DNA of 64,000 bases from an uncultured delta proteobacterium (GTDB lineage: Bacteria; Desulfobacterota; Desulfobacteria; Desulfobacterales; Desulfatirhabdiaceae), in contig CAWBKP010000005.1 of the NCBI GenBank assembly GCA_963789395.1, positions 99,707-163,706 of the forward strand, in the 5' to 3' direction. Positions 23,898 to 37,200 of the stretch are shown here, in pieces. Made by a program: the position numbers and the translations under genes. Every line of letters starts with the position of its first letter. Position 1 is the stretch's first letter. The notes under the pieces were generated by a model, which had not been told where the DNA came from, made no database searches, and saw only the letters and a program-made list of their open reading frames with translations.

Positions 23898-26668
23898 TCA
23901 AGCCGCTTTGGAAAGCTTGACCGCGCACACTTTGTATTCCGGAATCTTGGACACCGGATCCAGCGCGGCGTTGGTCAGGCGGTTGGCTGCCGCCATCGCA
24001 AAATGGAAGGGGATGAACACGGTTCCATCCACTGCTTTTTCAGACACTTTGATGACGGCTGTAATTTTTCCTCTGCGGGAGGCAACATCCACTTTATTGC
24101 CGTCTGAAAGGCCCAGTTTTCCGGCATCTTTTGATGATATTTCCACAAAACATTCCGGGGAGCGATCGTTGAGCCCTTCGGTTTTCATGGTCATCGTGCC
24201 GGTATGATAGTGATAGATCACCCGGCCCGTGGTCAGGTAAAGCGGATAGTCTTCGCTGGTCTGTTCCGCCGGCGCAATGTATTCAATGCCGTGAAACACC
24301 CCTTTTCCGATCGGGAATTTTTCCGTGTGCAAAATGGGCGTTCCGGGGTGCGATCGCATCCGGACAGGGCCAGTGAATCCCCTCGTTTTCAATCCGGTCA
24401 TAGGAAATGCCGGCATAGGAAGGCGTGACCCGGGAAATCTCTTCCATGATCGCCTGGCTGTTTTCGTAATTCATGGCATAGCCCATGCGCGTTGCGATCT
24501 CGCAGGTGATTTTCCAGTCATCCCAGAGCATCCCCGGGAGGATCGACGGCTTTTCGGACCCGCTGAACCCGGCGCTCGGTATTGGAAAACGTACCGTCTT
24601 TTTCGGCAAAACACGTGGACGGCAGAATGACATCGGCCTGCTTGGCGGTTTCGGTCATGAAGATGTCCTGAACCACCAAAAAATCAAGATGGGCAATGCT
24701 TTTTTCGGCATGATTCAGATCCGGATCCGATACCAGGGGATTTTCGCCGATGATGTAAAGGGCCTTCAGTTCGCCGCTGTGGGCCTTTGGGATCATCTCC
24801 GTAACGGTAAGCCCCGGCTTGGCCGGAAGACCTGTAACGCCCCAGGCGGTTTCCATTCGGCCTCTGGCAGCCTCATCGGCCACACCCTGATATCCGGAAT
24901 AGACATTCGGCAGCCCCCCCATGTCACAGGCGCCCTGAACGTTGTTCTGGCCTCTTAGCGGGTTGACGCCGCCGCCGACAATCCCCAGATTGCCGCAGAG
25001 CATGGCCAGATTGGCCAGAGATTTGACATTGTCCGTTCCGGTGGTGTGCTGGGTAATTCCCATGCAGTACAGAATGCTGCCTGCGGCTGCACTGGCGTAG
25101 AGTCTGGCTGCATCGATCAGGCTTTTTGCCGGAATGCCGGTAATGGTTTCGACATGTTCCGGCGTATATTTTTCAACCACCTGTTTCAGCGCGTCAAAAC
25201 CGGTCGTACGGTTTTCCACAAACGTCTTGTCATACAGCCCTTCCTTGATGATGACGTGCATCATGCCGTTGATCCAGGCCACATCGGTGCCCAGATTGGG
25301 CCGGATCCACATATCGGCGAAACCGGCCATCTTGATTCTTCTGGGATCGACCACAATCAGTTTTGCGGTTTTTTTTGTCACGGCCCGTTTCACAAATGCC
25401 GAAAGAACCGGATGGTTTTCGGTGGTATTGGAGCCGGTAATCAGGACAACATCTGCTTTTTCCACATCCGCGATGGTATTTGTCATTGCACCACTTCCGA
25501 AAGCTGCGGCCAGACCGGCCACGGTGGAGGAATGTCAGAGACGGGCGCAATGGTCGATATTGTTTGTTTTCAGCACTGCCCGGGTGAATTTGTTGGCAAT
25601 GTAATTTTCTTCGTTGGTGACCCTGGCGGAAGTCAGCACGCCGATACTGTCTGGCCCATGGGCCGCCTTGATCCCCTCCAGCCGGCCGGCAACCAGACTT
25701 AAGGCTTCTTCCCAGGATGCTTCGCGGAACTCTCCATTTTTCTTGATCAAGGGCGTGGTCAGGCGCTCCGGGGAATGGATGAAATTAAAACCGAATCTGC
25801 CCTTCACACACAGGCTCCCGTGGTTGGGAGCACTGTCTTCGACCCCGGAAACCTTTACCACCCGGTTGTCCTTGACATGAAGATACATCTGGCATCCCAC
25901 CCCGCAGTAGCTGCAGGTGGTTTTCACCGATGTGGTTTCCCAGGGCCGGACAGTATACCGGGTATCTTTTTCAACCAGCGCGCCGACCGGGCATACCTGA
26001 ACGCATTCCCCGCAGAACACGCAGTCCGAGTCCTTCAGGGGGTTATCTCCGGCAGTGACAATCTTGGTCTCCGGGCCCCGGTACCCGAAATTGATGGCGT
26101 TGTTGACCTGGACCTCGTTACAGGCCTGGACGCAGCGTCCGCACTGAATGCACCGTGAAAAATCCCGAATAATAAACGGATTGACGGTTTCCATGGGATA
26201 TCGGGTTTCCGTTGCCGGAAATCGGTTGCCGGTTACCTGATAGCGGTAGGCAAGGTCCTGAAGCCGGCAGTCTCCCCACACCGGGCAGAGCTCCGCGCTG
26301 CCGTCGTCTTTTTGAACCGAAAGCTGATAGGGGGTCCAGTCCGTGCTGCCGCCGCCATACACCGAGCAATTGTGATTGCCGGAGGAAAGCAGCAGCTGAA
26401 GAATCATCCGCCTTGCCTCAACGACCATCGGCGATTCCGTGAGCACAACCATGTTGGCGGTTGCCGGGGTTGCACAGGACGGCACCAGGCTTCGCGCCCC
26501 CTTGACCTCTACCACACAGATCCGGCAGGCACCGGTAGGTATCGTATTTTTCAGGTAACAAAGGGTTGGAATGCTGATGTCATGTCGACTGGCAACATCC
26601 AGAATGGTTTCACCCGGTTCAAATGAAAATGCGTTTCCATTTATCGTAAGGGTCTGCTGGGAATCCAT
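23898..26668 (-). CDS. fdhF: Formate dehydrogenase alpha subunit, selenocysteine-containing, with N-terminal NuoG-like Fe-S domains
   Basis: IPTLC...[65 protein letters not shown]; in-frame TGA at 25535-25537; later indels. Confidence 0.97.
25506..25522 (-). promoter_or_regulatory. Bacterial SECIS hairpin downstream of the UGA
   Basis: Minus strand GTGGCC-GGTCT-GGCCGC, starting 12 nt after TGA; same loop as the E. coli fdhF SECIS. Confidence 0.85.
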
Positions 26669-26780
26669 TGTTATGAATACTCCTTTTTGGTGATATGGCC
26701 TCAATGTCATTGACTTCAGACATCCTGTTCCAAAATCAGGGGTTACGTCCTGTTATCGGCAAAAATACATAGCGGTTCTG

Positions 26781-27208
26781 TTACAGAAATTGTCGCAATT
26801 TGTCAATCCACGAATACTTCGGAAAGATGTCATATTTTTCCACCAGCAGGAAATATGCCAGCAACCCATGCACGCTGCCGACCATGTCCGCCAGGACATC
26901 CATGACATCCGCGGTACGGTAAGGAACAAAATACTGGTGAATTTCATCGCTGATTCCATAAGCGGTTGAGGCTGAAATGCTGAGCAGGGACACCAGAAAT
27001 AGCCGGTTTCCAGCCATGCAATGATCTGAAAGCCCTGAAAAAAAGGATCCCCAAAAACGCATAGCCAGGCAAATGCAGGTATTTATCCCCGAAAGGCACA
27101 TCGTGGAGCCGCGCCATGGAAGGATAGGCGGACTGGATAAATATCACCGTGCAATACAGCACAACCGGCAGCCAGTATATCAGAAATATTTCTTTGTTTA
27201 TCCTTCAT
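26781..27208 (-). CDS. VanZ family membrane protein (frameshifted)
   Basis: DKYLH, YGISDEIHQYFVPYRTADVMDVLADMVG. Confidence 0.88.
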
Positions 27209-29140
27209 GCGCCGTGACGTTTCAGCTTCAAACATCGATTCTGGTCAAGCTGTCTTTCGCGAATCACCGAAAGCAGTTTTTCAAGAAGCATTTCCGGAAG
27301 CATGCCATACCGAACCGTTCCATCCAGCGTTCTTACAGAAAGGGTTCCCGTTTCTTTTTCCTTGGCGCCGATCGTGAGGATTACCGGAATATGGTTGATC
27401 TGGGCTTCCCGGATTTTCTTGTTCAGGCTTTCGGTCCGGCCATCGATCTCAACCCGTATGCCGTGTTTCTCAAACAGGTCCCTGACCGCTTCGGCATGGG
27501 AAACCAGATCATCATTGATGGGAAGCATCGCCACCTGAACCGGCGCCAGCCACAAGGGAAATTTCCCTGCAAAATGCTCGACCAGAATCCCGAAAAACCG
27601 CTCAATCGAACCGTAAATCACCCGATGGATCATGATGGGCCGGTGTTTTTCATTGTCTTTTCCCACATAGGTCAGATTGAACCGTTCCGGCAGCGCCATA
27701 TCCAGTTGAATGGTGCCGCACTGCCAGGTGCGACCCAGTGCATCCTTGATATGAATGTCGATCTTGGGGCCGTAAAATGCGCCGTCTCCCTCATTGATTT
27801 TATACGCTTTTCCATATGCGTTCAGCGCGGATTTCAATCCATTGGTCGCCTCTTCCCATTGCTGCGTCCGTTCCGATGGATTTTGCCGGCCGGGTGGAGA
27901 GTTCCAGATGAAACCCCAGCCCGAAGGTATGGTAGATTCTTTCAACCAGCCGCAGCACCCCCAGGATTTCCGATTCAATCTGATCGGGCATCATAAAAAT
28001 ATGGGCGTCGTCCTGATGAAACGCCCGAACCCGGAAAAGGCCCGAAAGCACGCCGCTCAGTTCATGCCGGTGCACCAGTCCGATTTCCGCGGCGCGTATG
28101 GGAAGATCCTTGTAAGAATGGGGCTTTAGCCCGTAAAGGAGCATGCCTCCCGGACAGTTCATGGGCTTGATGGCGTATTCGATCTCATCCACCTGGCTGG
28201 TGTACATGTTCTCGCGGTAGTTTTCCCAGTGGCCGCTGCGCTCCCAGAGGCCCCGGTTCAGCATGATCGGCGTTTTGGTCTCCACATAACCGGCCGCCCG
28301 GTGCTCCATCCGCCAGTATTCCAGAAGGGCATTCCAGATCACCATTCCCCTGGCGTGAAAAAAAGGCATTCCCGGAGCCTCATCATGAAAGCTGAACAGA
28401 TCCAGAGCCGCGCCGATCTTTCGATGATTTCGTTTCTTGGCCTCTTCGATAAACTGGATATGGGCCTTAAGCTCTTTTTTGTCAAAAAACGCCGTCCCGT
28501 AAATCCGCTGAAGCTGGGCCTTGGATTGATCCGCCCGCCAGTAGGCGCCGGATACCTTCATGAGCTTGATGGCTTTGACAAAGCCGGTGTGGGGAAGGTG
28601 CGGCCCTCTGCAAAGGTCCGTAAAATCCCCCTGTTCGTACAGGGAAATGGTCCCATCCTGCAGATCCCGGATCATCTCCAGCTTATACGGTTCATCCCGA
28701 TAAACGGCCAGGGCCTCGGCCTTGGAGACTTCGCGGCGGCGGAACGGAATTCTGGCCTGAATGATCCGCTGAATTTCCGCCTCGATTCTGGGGAAATCAT
28801 CTTCCGATACGGGCTCCATGTCGATGTCATAATAAAACCCATCCTCAACCACGGGCCCGATGGTCAGTTTCGCGCCTTGATACACGTGCAGAATGGCCTG
28901 AGCCATGACATGCGCCGCGCTGTGTCTTAAAATGGACAGGGCTTGCGGATCATGGGTGGTAATCAATCGAATGGAAGCATCCGTTTCAACCGTTGTACTG
29001 AGATCAACCAGCCGGCCGTCGATTTCCATGGCCACGCAATTTCTGGCCAGGCCCTCGGAGATGCTCATGGCAATGTCGGTCCCTGAAGGGGGGGCTTCAA
29101 AAGTTTTACAGCTTCCATCCGGAAGGGTAATTTGAATCAT
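27205..29140 (-). CDS. thrS: Threonine--tRNA ligase (frameshift near 27860)
   Basis: TGS domain, RHSAAH, DLCRGPH, KPMNCP, GAFYGPKID, WQCGTIQLD, IHRVIYGSIERF. Confidence 0.98.
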
Positions 29141-29303
29141 TCTTGTCTCGCTTTTATGGGTTTCGAATTCTAACTTACCTGTAAATCATATCATCATTTA
29201 GGGAAAATGACCATTCAGGTCAAGGATATTTTACATGACTGCCGTCAATCTTCCCCCTTCTCAGCCTGAACACCTGAATCGTTATTTCTCCGGGTTATCT
29301 TTC

Positions 29304-29333
29304 TTGACACCCGACATCATTTTGATTAAAAAT
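29304..29333 (+). promoter_or_regulatory. Sigma70-like promoter upstream of pfaD
   Basis: TTGACA-N17-TAAAAAT. Confidence 0.5.
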
Positions 29334-29383
29334 TACCGCATGAAAAAACACAACCACTTATCATTTGGCCGAATGCATCGATC

Positions 29384-31070
29384 ATGATTGATGCGCTGCA
29401 GGATACCCGGCTTAACAGTTTCTGGACTCAGGGGGACTGGCCGCCGCAAACAGATGCGGAAAGTCTTCAAAATGCTCTCTACTCCCTGAACCAGCCCTTT
29501 GTTCTGGTGGATCAAAACGGCCAGCCCGCTGCAGCCAGGGGCGGTTCCCTGGCGATTGAACTGTCCGGAAACCGGAAAGATTCGATTGCGCTGCGGGACA
29601 GCAGTCGTTTCCGGCGTTCGCCATCCGGTTCTGGCCTTTACCCCTTCCCTGCCCCCGGAAAATCTGGGAGATCCCGAATTTAAAAAGCGCCATCAATCTT
29701 CGGTATGCCTATGTCGGCGGCGCCATGGCCAATGGCATCACCTCGACCGCCATGGTTGAAGCCCTGGGAAAAGCCGGGATGATGGGGTTTTATGGCGCTG
29801 CCGGTCTGACCCTGGCTGAAGTCGAAAAAGCCATTTACGAAGTTCAGCGAAAGCTGGGGGATTCTCCCTACGGGTTCAACCTGATTCACAGCCCCGGCGA
29901 CCCGGATCTGGAAGACGGCGCTGGTCCGCCTTTACATCAAACAAGGCATTCGAAAGGTCTGCGCATCCGCATATCTGAATCTGACGCCCGCCCTGGTGCG
30001 ATACCGGGTTTCGGGGATTTACCGGGACGGTCAGGGAAGCATCGTCTGCCCCAATCAGGTGGTTGCCAAAGTCTCCCGGGAAGAAGTCGCCCAGAGATTT
30101 TTTTCTCCCCCTCCGGAAAAGTTTCTGATGCAGTTGCTGGAGGATAAAACCTTGACCCGGGAGCAGGTCGAACTTGCCCGGCATGTTCCGATGGCGGACA
30201 GCCTGACCGCCGAAGCCGACTCCGGCGGCCATACCGATAACCGCCCTGCGATTTCTCTTCTGCCGACACTGATCGCGCTTCGAAACGAAATGGTCAAGAC
30301 CCACCGGTATCCGCGGTCCATCCCCGTCGGACTGGGCGGCGGCATCGGCACCCCGCAGGCCGCGGCAGCGGCTTTTTCAATGGGCGCGGCCTATGTTCTG
30401 ACCGGGTCCGTCAATCAGGCCTGCGTGGAGGCCGGAACATCCGAAGCAGTCCGCCGGCTTCTGGCGGAAGCCAGACAGGCGGATGTCGCCATGGCGCCGG
30501 CAGCCGATATGTTTGAAATGGGGGTGCAAGGTCCAGGTTTTAAAGCGCGGCACCATGTTTGCCCAGCGCGCCGCAAAGCTCTACGAGATTATTCGTCAGA
30601 TATGACCGGCTGGAGGACATTCCTGAAAAATACCGGATTCAGCTGGAACGGGATTGTTTTCAAATGCAGCCTGGATGACGAATGGCAGCGGACAAGGGCA
30701 TTTTTTATGAAGCGGGACCCCCGGCAGATTGACCGCGCGGAACAGGATTCCCGGCATAAAATGGCGCTTGTCTTTCGCTCCTATCTGGGGCAGTCTTCCA
30801 GATGGGCGACAACCGGAAATCCCGGCCGGAAAATGGACTATCAGATATGGTGCGGTCCGGCAATGGGCGCCTTCAATGCCTGGGTCCGGGGATCTTTTCT
30901 GGAAAAACCCGAAAACCGGGATACCATCACCATCGCCATGAACCTGTTGTTTGGCGCATGCATTCTGACGCGGGCCAACTGGATTCGATGCCAGGGAGTT
31001 GCCCTTCCCCCGAATATGGACGCGTTATTCGCCACTGCCGCTGAATGCCATTGTAAAATATATGCAATAG
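29384..31070 (+). CDS. pfaD: PfaD-family enoyl reductase (PUFA/polyketide synthase; several frameshifts)
   Basis: GAMANGI, GFNLIHSP, KVSREEVA, TAEADSGGHTDNRP, GGGIGTP, APAADMFEMG, DYQIWCGPAMGAFN. Confidence 0.95.
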
Positions 31071-31215
31071 CATTCTTATCTATTGATAATTATTGGATAA
31101 CCGTGGTATTTAGAAAGATATGATTTTTTTGATTCTTCCAGGGAAGCTGACCCGCTTTCTTCCAATGACAAATCGGCGCAATGCGCCGTAACCCAGGTTT
31201 TTATAAAGACGATTG

Positions 31216-34200
31216 ATGCCAGAAACTGAAACACAGATTGATTTCATGGAGCCCAGCCGATCCGGATCCCCCCGATCGCCATCATCGGCATCGGGATGCA
31301 TCTTCCCCAAATCCCCCACTGCAAAAGGATTCTGGCGGCTGATCGTTCACGGCCACGACGCCATCACCGATGTCCCCCCAACCCACTGGTCTCCGGATGA
31401 TTATTTCGACCCGGACCCCAAAACGCCGGATCATGTTTACAGCAAAAGAGGCGGTTTTTTATCGCCCATCGATTTCGATCCCTCGGAATTCGGAATTCCG
31501 CCTGCGATTCTGGAGGCCACGGACAGCTCCCAGATGCTGGGGCTGGTGACGGCCAAAATGGCCATGACCGATGCGGGTTACGGGCCGGAGCGGTCTTTTG
31601 ACCGCAATCGGACAAGCGTGATTCTGGGCGTTACGGGAACTCAGGAACTCGTGATTCCGCTTGGCGCCCGCCTGGGTCACCCGGTATGGCGAAAAGCCCT
31701 GAAAGACTCCGGGCTGTCGCCGGACAAAATCAGCGAAGTCATGGAACGGATATCCAGCGGTTTTGTTCCCTGGCAGGAAAATTCCTTTCCGGGGCTTCTG
31801 GGCAATGTGGTTGCCGGACGCATCTGCAACCGGCTGGATCTGGGCGGCACCAACTGCGTGGTGGATGCGGCCTGCGCCAGCTCGCTCAGCGCCGTTCACC
31901 TGGCCCTGATGGAGCTGATCACCTCCCGTTCGGACATGGTCATCACCGGCGGCGTGGATACCTTGAACGATATTTTCATGCACATGTGCTTTTCCCGGAC
32001 CCAGATTCTTTCGCCTTCCGGCGATGTCCGTCCGTTTTCAAAGCATGCGGACGGCACCCTGCTGGGAGAAGGTCTCGGCATGGTGGTATTAAAGCGTCTG
32101 GCGGATGCGGAAAGAGACAACGACCGGATTTATGCGGTCATCAAGGGAATGGGCACCTCAAGCGATGCCAAATCCCAGAGCATTTATGCGCCCCGGGCCG
32201 AAGGCCAGGCAAGGGCCCTTCGCTCCGCCTACCAGCAGGCCGGAATTCATCCCGGAACGATTGAATTGATCGAAGCTCACGGCACCGGCACCCGCGTGGG
32301 AGACATGGTGGAATTCACCGCCTTAAAGCAGGTTTTCAGCGAATTTCCGCCGACAGGCTCCGGAGCGGCACGCAACGTGCGCCGTTGGGTCCATTAAATC
32401 CATGATCGGTCACACCAAGGCCGCGGCAGGCTCCGCAGGCCTGATCAAGGCCGCCCTGTCCCTGTATCACAAGGTGATTCCGCCAACCCTGAAAGCCGGG
32501 GAGCCGGACCCGAACCTGAATATCGAAGACAGCCCGTTTTATCTGAATGCCACCGCAAAGCCCTGGCTTTCCGGCAAGAAGCATCCCCGACGGGCCGGCG
32601 TCAGCGCCTTTGGATTCGGCGGCAGCAATTTTCATGCGGTTCTGGAAGAATATGACCCGCAAAAATCCGAAATCACCTGGGACGGGTCCGTTGAAATCCT
32701 GCCGCTGTCCGGCCCCATCACCGGAAGCCATCAAAAAGGACCTGGCCGGCTGGAAGGCCACTGGCTTTAAAAGGGCTCTCGAATGCCGGATTTTCCGTTC
32801 ATGCGGCAAAATCCCGTGCCGCGTTTTCCGCCCAGGCACCCCTGCCGCCTGTTGATCCTCCTTCAGCAGACCGACAACCCGGACGCATTATGGGCCGATG
32901 ACCTGCAGACGGCCTGCTCGGAAGCCCTGTCGGCCCTGGATAATCACAAGGATCGGCCTTTCTGGAACACGTCCACGACTCTTTTACGGAAGCGCCCCCC
33001 TGGACTGGGAAAATCGGTTTTTTATTTCCCGGACAGGGAAGTCAGTATGTGGGAATGGCGCGGGAACTGGCCTGCATGTTTCCGCAGGCAATGGATGCGA
33101 TCGATGCGGCCAATGAAGCGTTTTCCTCATTTTCAGCAGGCCTGAAACCCCCTGAACCGCCTCATCTTAAGCTCAGCGACCGGATTTATCCGCCTTCCTC
33201 TTCCGATTCAACGAAAAAACAATCCCGGAAAAAGGCGCTGCAATCCACCCGCATGGCCCAGCCGGCCATCGGCGCCGTCAGCCTGGGAATGATAAAGATT
33301 CTTGAGCACTTCGGCATCACGCCGGATGCAGCCTGCGGTCACAGTTTCGGCGAATTGACGGCCCTTGCGTCCGCCGGATGGATTTCTCACGGAAGATTTT
33401 CTGAAACTGTCCGTTGCCAGAGGCCATTTCATGGAAGCGGCCGGAAGCGGGGACGCAGCAGGACTGATGATTGCCGTCAAGGCGCCGATTGAAGACCTGA
33501 TGTCCCTGACCCGGAATGCCTCCTTTCCGATTACCCTGGCCAATCTGAACAGCCCGTTCCAGGGCGTGCTGTCCGGATCACCCGATGCGATTGCCCGGGC
33601 TGAAGCCCTATGCCTTGAAAAAGGATTTTCATCGGTCCGCCTGCCGGTTGCGGCTGCGTTTCACAGCCCCCTGGTTCAGGATGCCGCCGGACCTTTCAGC
33701 GCTTTTCTGGAATCCATCGACATCCGGCCGTCAAAAATACCCGTGATCGCCAACGTCACCGGAAAGCCTTATCCGGATGATCCGCAAGCCGTCAAAACCC
33801 TGCTGGGCCAGCAGATCACGCATCCGGTTCAGTTTCTTGACGCCATTGAACATCTTTATGAAATCGGGCGTCCGCACTTTTATCGAAGTCGGACCCCGGC
33901 CGATTCTCACCGGACTTGTCCGATCGATCCTGAAGAATCGCCCGGCAACAGCGATCGCCATGGATGCATCCTCCGGGAAAGGACTCCGCCCGGGTCGATC
34001 TGGCAAAAGTCCTGTGCCGGCTGGCGGCAACGGGATATCCGGTCCGGCTGCCTTGCTGGGAAGCGGGGGAATCCGACGCTCCCGTCAGAAAACCCCTGAT
34101 GAAGGTTTCCATGTCCGGCGCCAATTATCAGAATCCCGACGCCAGGCCTTCGGCGGACCGGGAAAATTCCCAAACTTCAGATCGCACCCGGAGCATACCG

Positions 34201-37200
34201 GAATCCCGGAATTCTCAACCTTTAAGCACACCCCGGAAACGGGTGGAACCATTGGAAATTTCCATGAGCCCCAAACCCAAGTCTTTGTTTACAGATCAAC
34301 TCGTCTGTCATGACCGAACCTTCTTCGGATGTCATTTCCCATGCGTTACAGGCCGTTCAGGAAGGCCTCAAATCCATGCAGTCGCTTCAGTTTCAGACCG
34401 CCGAAACCCACAAGCTTTTCCTTCAGACCCAGACCGAAGCCAGCAAAACCCTTCAAAAGATGATGGACCATACCCGGCGGATTGCCGAGGCGTCTCTGGG
34501 GATTTCCGTTATCGCGCCGGAGGACAGGGGACCGGAAGCAGCTGCCGGAGGCCGCAAGCCGCAAGCCATGGAACCGGAAACAGCGGACAGACGACAGACG
34601 ACCAACAGCGGAGGACGTCCGTCAGCGGACAAAGATTTTTTTCCATCATCCGTCATTCACCATCCGCCATCCGAAAGCCATCAGAGCCTCAGATCTCAAT
34701 CTTCACCCGATGGAAGCCCCTGCCCGGACTTCAGCGCCGCAGAAAAATATTCCGGCCATTGAAGCCTGCCTGCTGGAAGTCGTCAGCCACCTGACCGGAT
34801 ATCCCGTGGAAATGCTGGCCCTGGACATGGACATCGAGGCGGATCTGGGAATCGACTCCATCAAGCGCGTTGAAATCCTGGCCACCCTCGAAGAAAAAAT
34901 GCCGGGACTTCCCGCCATTCCCCCCGACACCCTGGGAACCCTGAAAACCCTGGGGCAGATCACGGCCTTTCTCCGCGAACAAGGCGGTAACGCCGGCAAA
35001 CCCGAGAACCCGATGGCATCGCCCCTGATCCACACGGCCCCGCATCCCGAACAGGACGTTGAGACCTGCCTGCTGGAAGTCGTCAGCCACCTGACCGGAT
35101 ATCCCGTTGAAATGCTGGCCCTGGACATGGACATCGAGGCGGATCTGGGGATCGACTCCATCAAGCGCGTTGAAATCCTGGCCACCCTCGAGGAAAAAAT
35201 GCCGGGACTTCCCGCCATTCCCCCCGACACCCTGGGAACCCTGAAAACCCTGGGGCAGATCACGGCCTTTCTTAAAAAAAAGACTCCGGAATAACGCCTG
35301 CCCGCCCGGATTGCTCGCAGAAACCGGAAACAATGCCGCTTGCCGCGTCAGACACCATTCGTCCGGAACGGCGACTCCTTGCAGCGGTTCAAACCGGATT
35401 CACCCCGGCATCCCGGCTGCTGCTTGCCAAGAATCAACCCGTCATCATCACGGATGACGGCGCCGGATTGTCCCGGAAAATCGCCGATGAAATCATTTCC
35501 GGAGGCGCTGATGCAATCGTGGCATCCATGGATGAAATGCTTTCCGAGGAATTTATCATTCGTCCTTCCGGCATGATCATCCTTTCGCCTGCCGCGGACA
35601 GCCGCAACCCCGGATCAGGATGAAACCGACTGCCGTTTTTCTGAAAAAAGCCTTTCTGCTTATCCAGACGATTCGGAAAGGACCTGTCGGATGCGGCAAG
35701 AACCGGCGGCGCTCTATTCGCATCAATCACCTGCCTGGACGGAGCTTTCGGCACTTCTGGGAAAAGGCATCGACCGACCGGTTCCCGGGGGACTGGCAGG
35801 TCTGGTCAAAACAGCCGCCATCGAATGGCCGGAAGTGGTTTGCCGCGCCATCGACATTTCACCCGACTGGCGGGACGTTGACCGCCTGGCAACAGCTATC
35901 GGTGCTGCTTTGCGCTCCGAAAATACTGATGGCGGAATCGAAATCGGCCTCTGTCCGGACCTGCCCATAAATACCGGTTACCGGCTGAACCTCGAACCAG
36001 CCTCCAGTCCCGAAGGATCGGATTCGCTGAACCGATCAGGACGTCGTGGTCATCACAGGCGGCGCCAGGGGCGTTACGGCTCAGGCTGCCATGGCTCTGG
36101 CCGAATCCTGCCGGCCCGCGCTGATTCTACTGGGGCGATCTCCTGCACCGGTTTCCGAGCCCGATTGGCTGGCCCAGGTGCATGCACCATCTGAAATGAA
36201 GCAGGCCATCCTCCGTCATGAGCTGCCTGCCAAGGCATCGCCCAAAGAGCTGGAATCGGCATACCTGAGGCATCAGGCAAACCGCGAAATTCTCTCAACG
36301 CTTACTGCCATCCGATCCACGGGTACCCGCGTCGCGTATCATGCGGTGGATGTGCGGCAGGCTCAGGCGCTTTCGCGCGTCCTGGAAACGGCCCGAGCGT
36401 CCTTCGGCCCCATCACGGCCATCATTCACGGCGCCGGCGTGCTCGAGGACCGGCTCATTCTGGAAAAAACGCCGGAGCAGTTCGATGCGGTCTTCGATAC
36501 GAAGGTTGCGGGGTTTTAATCCCTTCTGAAAGCCACCCAAAAAGACCCGATCAAGCATATGGTCTGTTTTTCCTCCATCACCGCCAGAATCGGCAACCGG
36601 GGCCAGGCGGATTACGCCATGGCCAACGAAGTTCTGAATAAAATGGCGCAGCGGGAATCCTTTCTTCGAAAAGAATGCCGCGTGGTTTCCATCAACTGGG
36701 GCCCCTGGGACGGCGGCATGGTCGGCGATTCGCTCCGGCGTGAATTTGAACGCAGCCGCATTTCTCTGATTCCGCTCAAAGCCGGCGCCCAAAGCATGAT
36801 TCAGGAGCTGCAGGCTGGCCCCGGCAGTCCGGTCGAGGTGGTGATCGGCTCCGGATTGTTGCATCCGGTATCGGCAACCCGCCAGTCTCTTGTGCCCGAA
36901 ACCCTTTCCTTGAGCATCAAACGGGAAATCGACATTGACCGGTATCCCATTCTCGAAGCTCACCATTTAAACGGCAAACCCGTTGTTCCCTTTGCATTGA
37001 TCACGGAATGGCTGGGGCATGGCGCGCTTCATGAAAACCCCGGACTTCAGCTTTCCGGGCTGGATGACATTCGGCTCCTCAAAGGAATCCGGCTGGACGA
37101 CGGGAAAAAAACCATCCGTCTGATGACCGGTAAAACCCGGAAAAACGGCCCGAATTTCGAAATGGACATTGAAATCCGGGATGGATTCAAAGACGGAAAA

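Noticed and set aside
34765..35272. Repeat considered as a CRISPR array or IS ends
   Set aside because: Two long in-frame coding copies of an ACP domain; no spacers, cas genes or transposase
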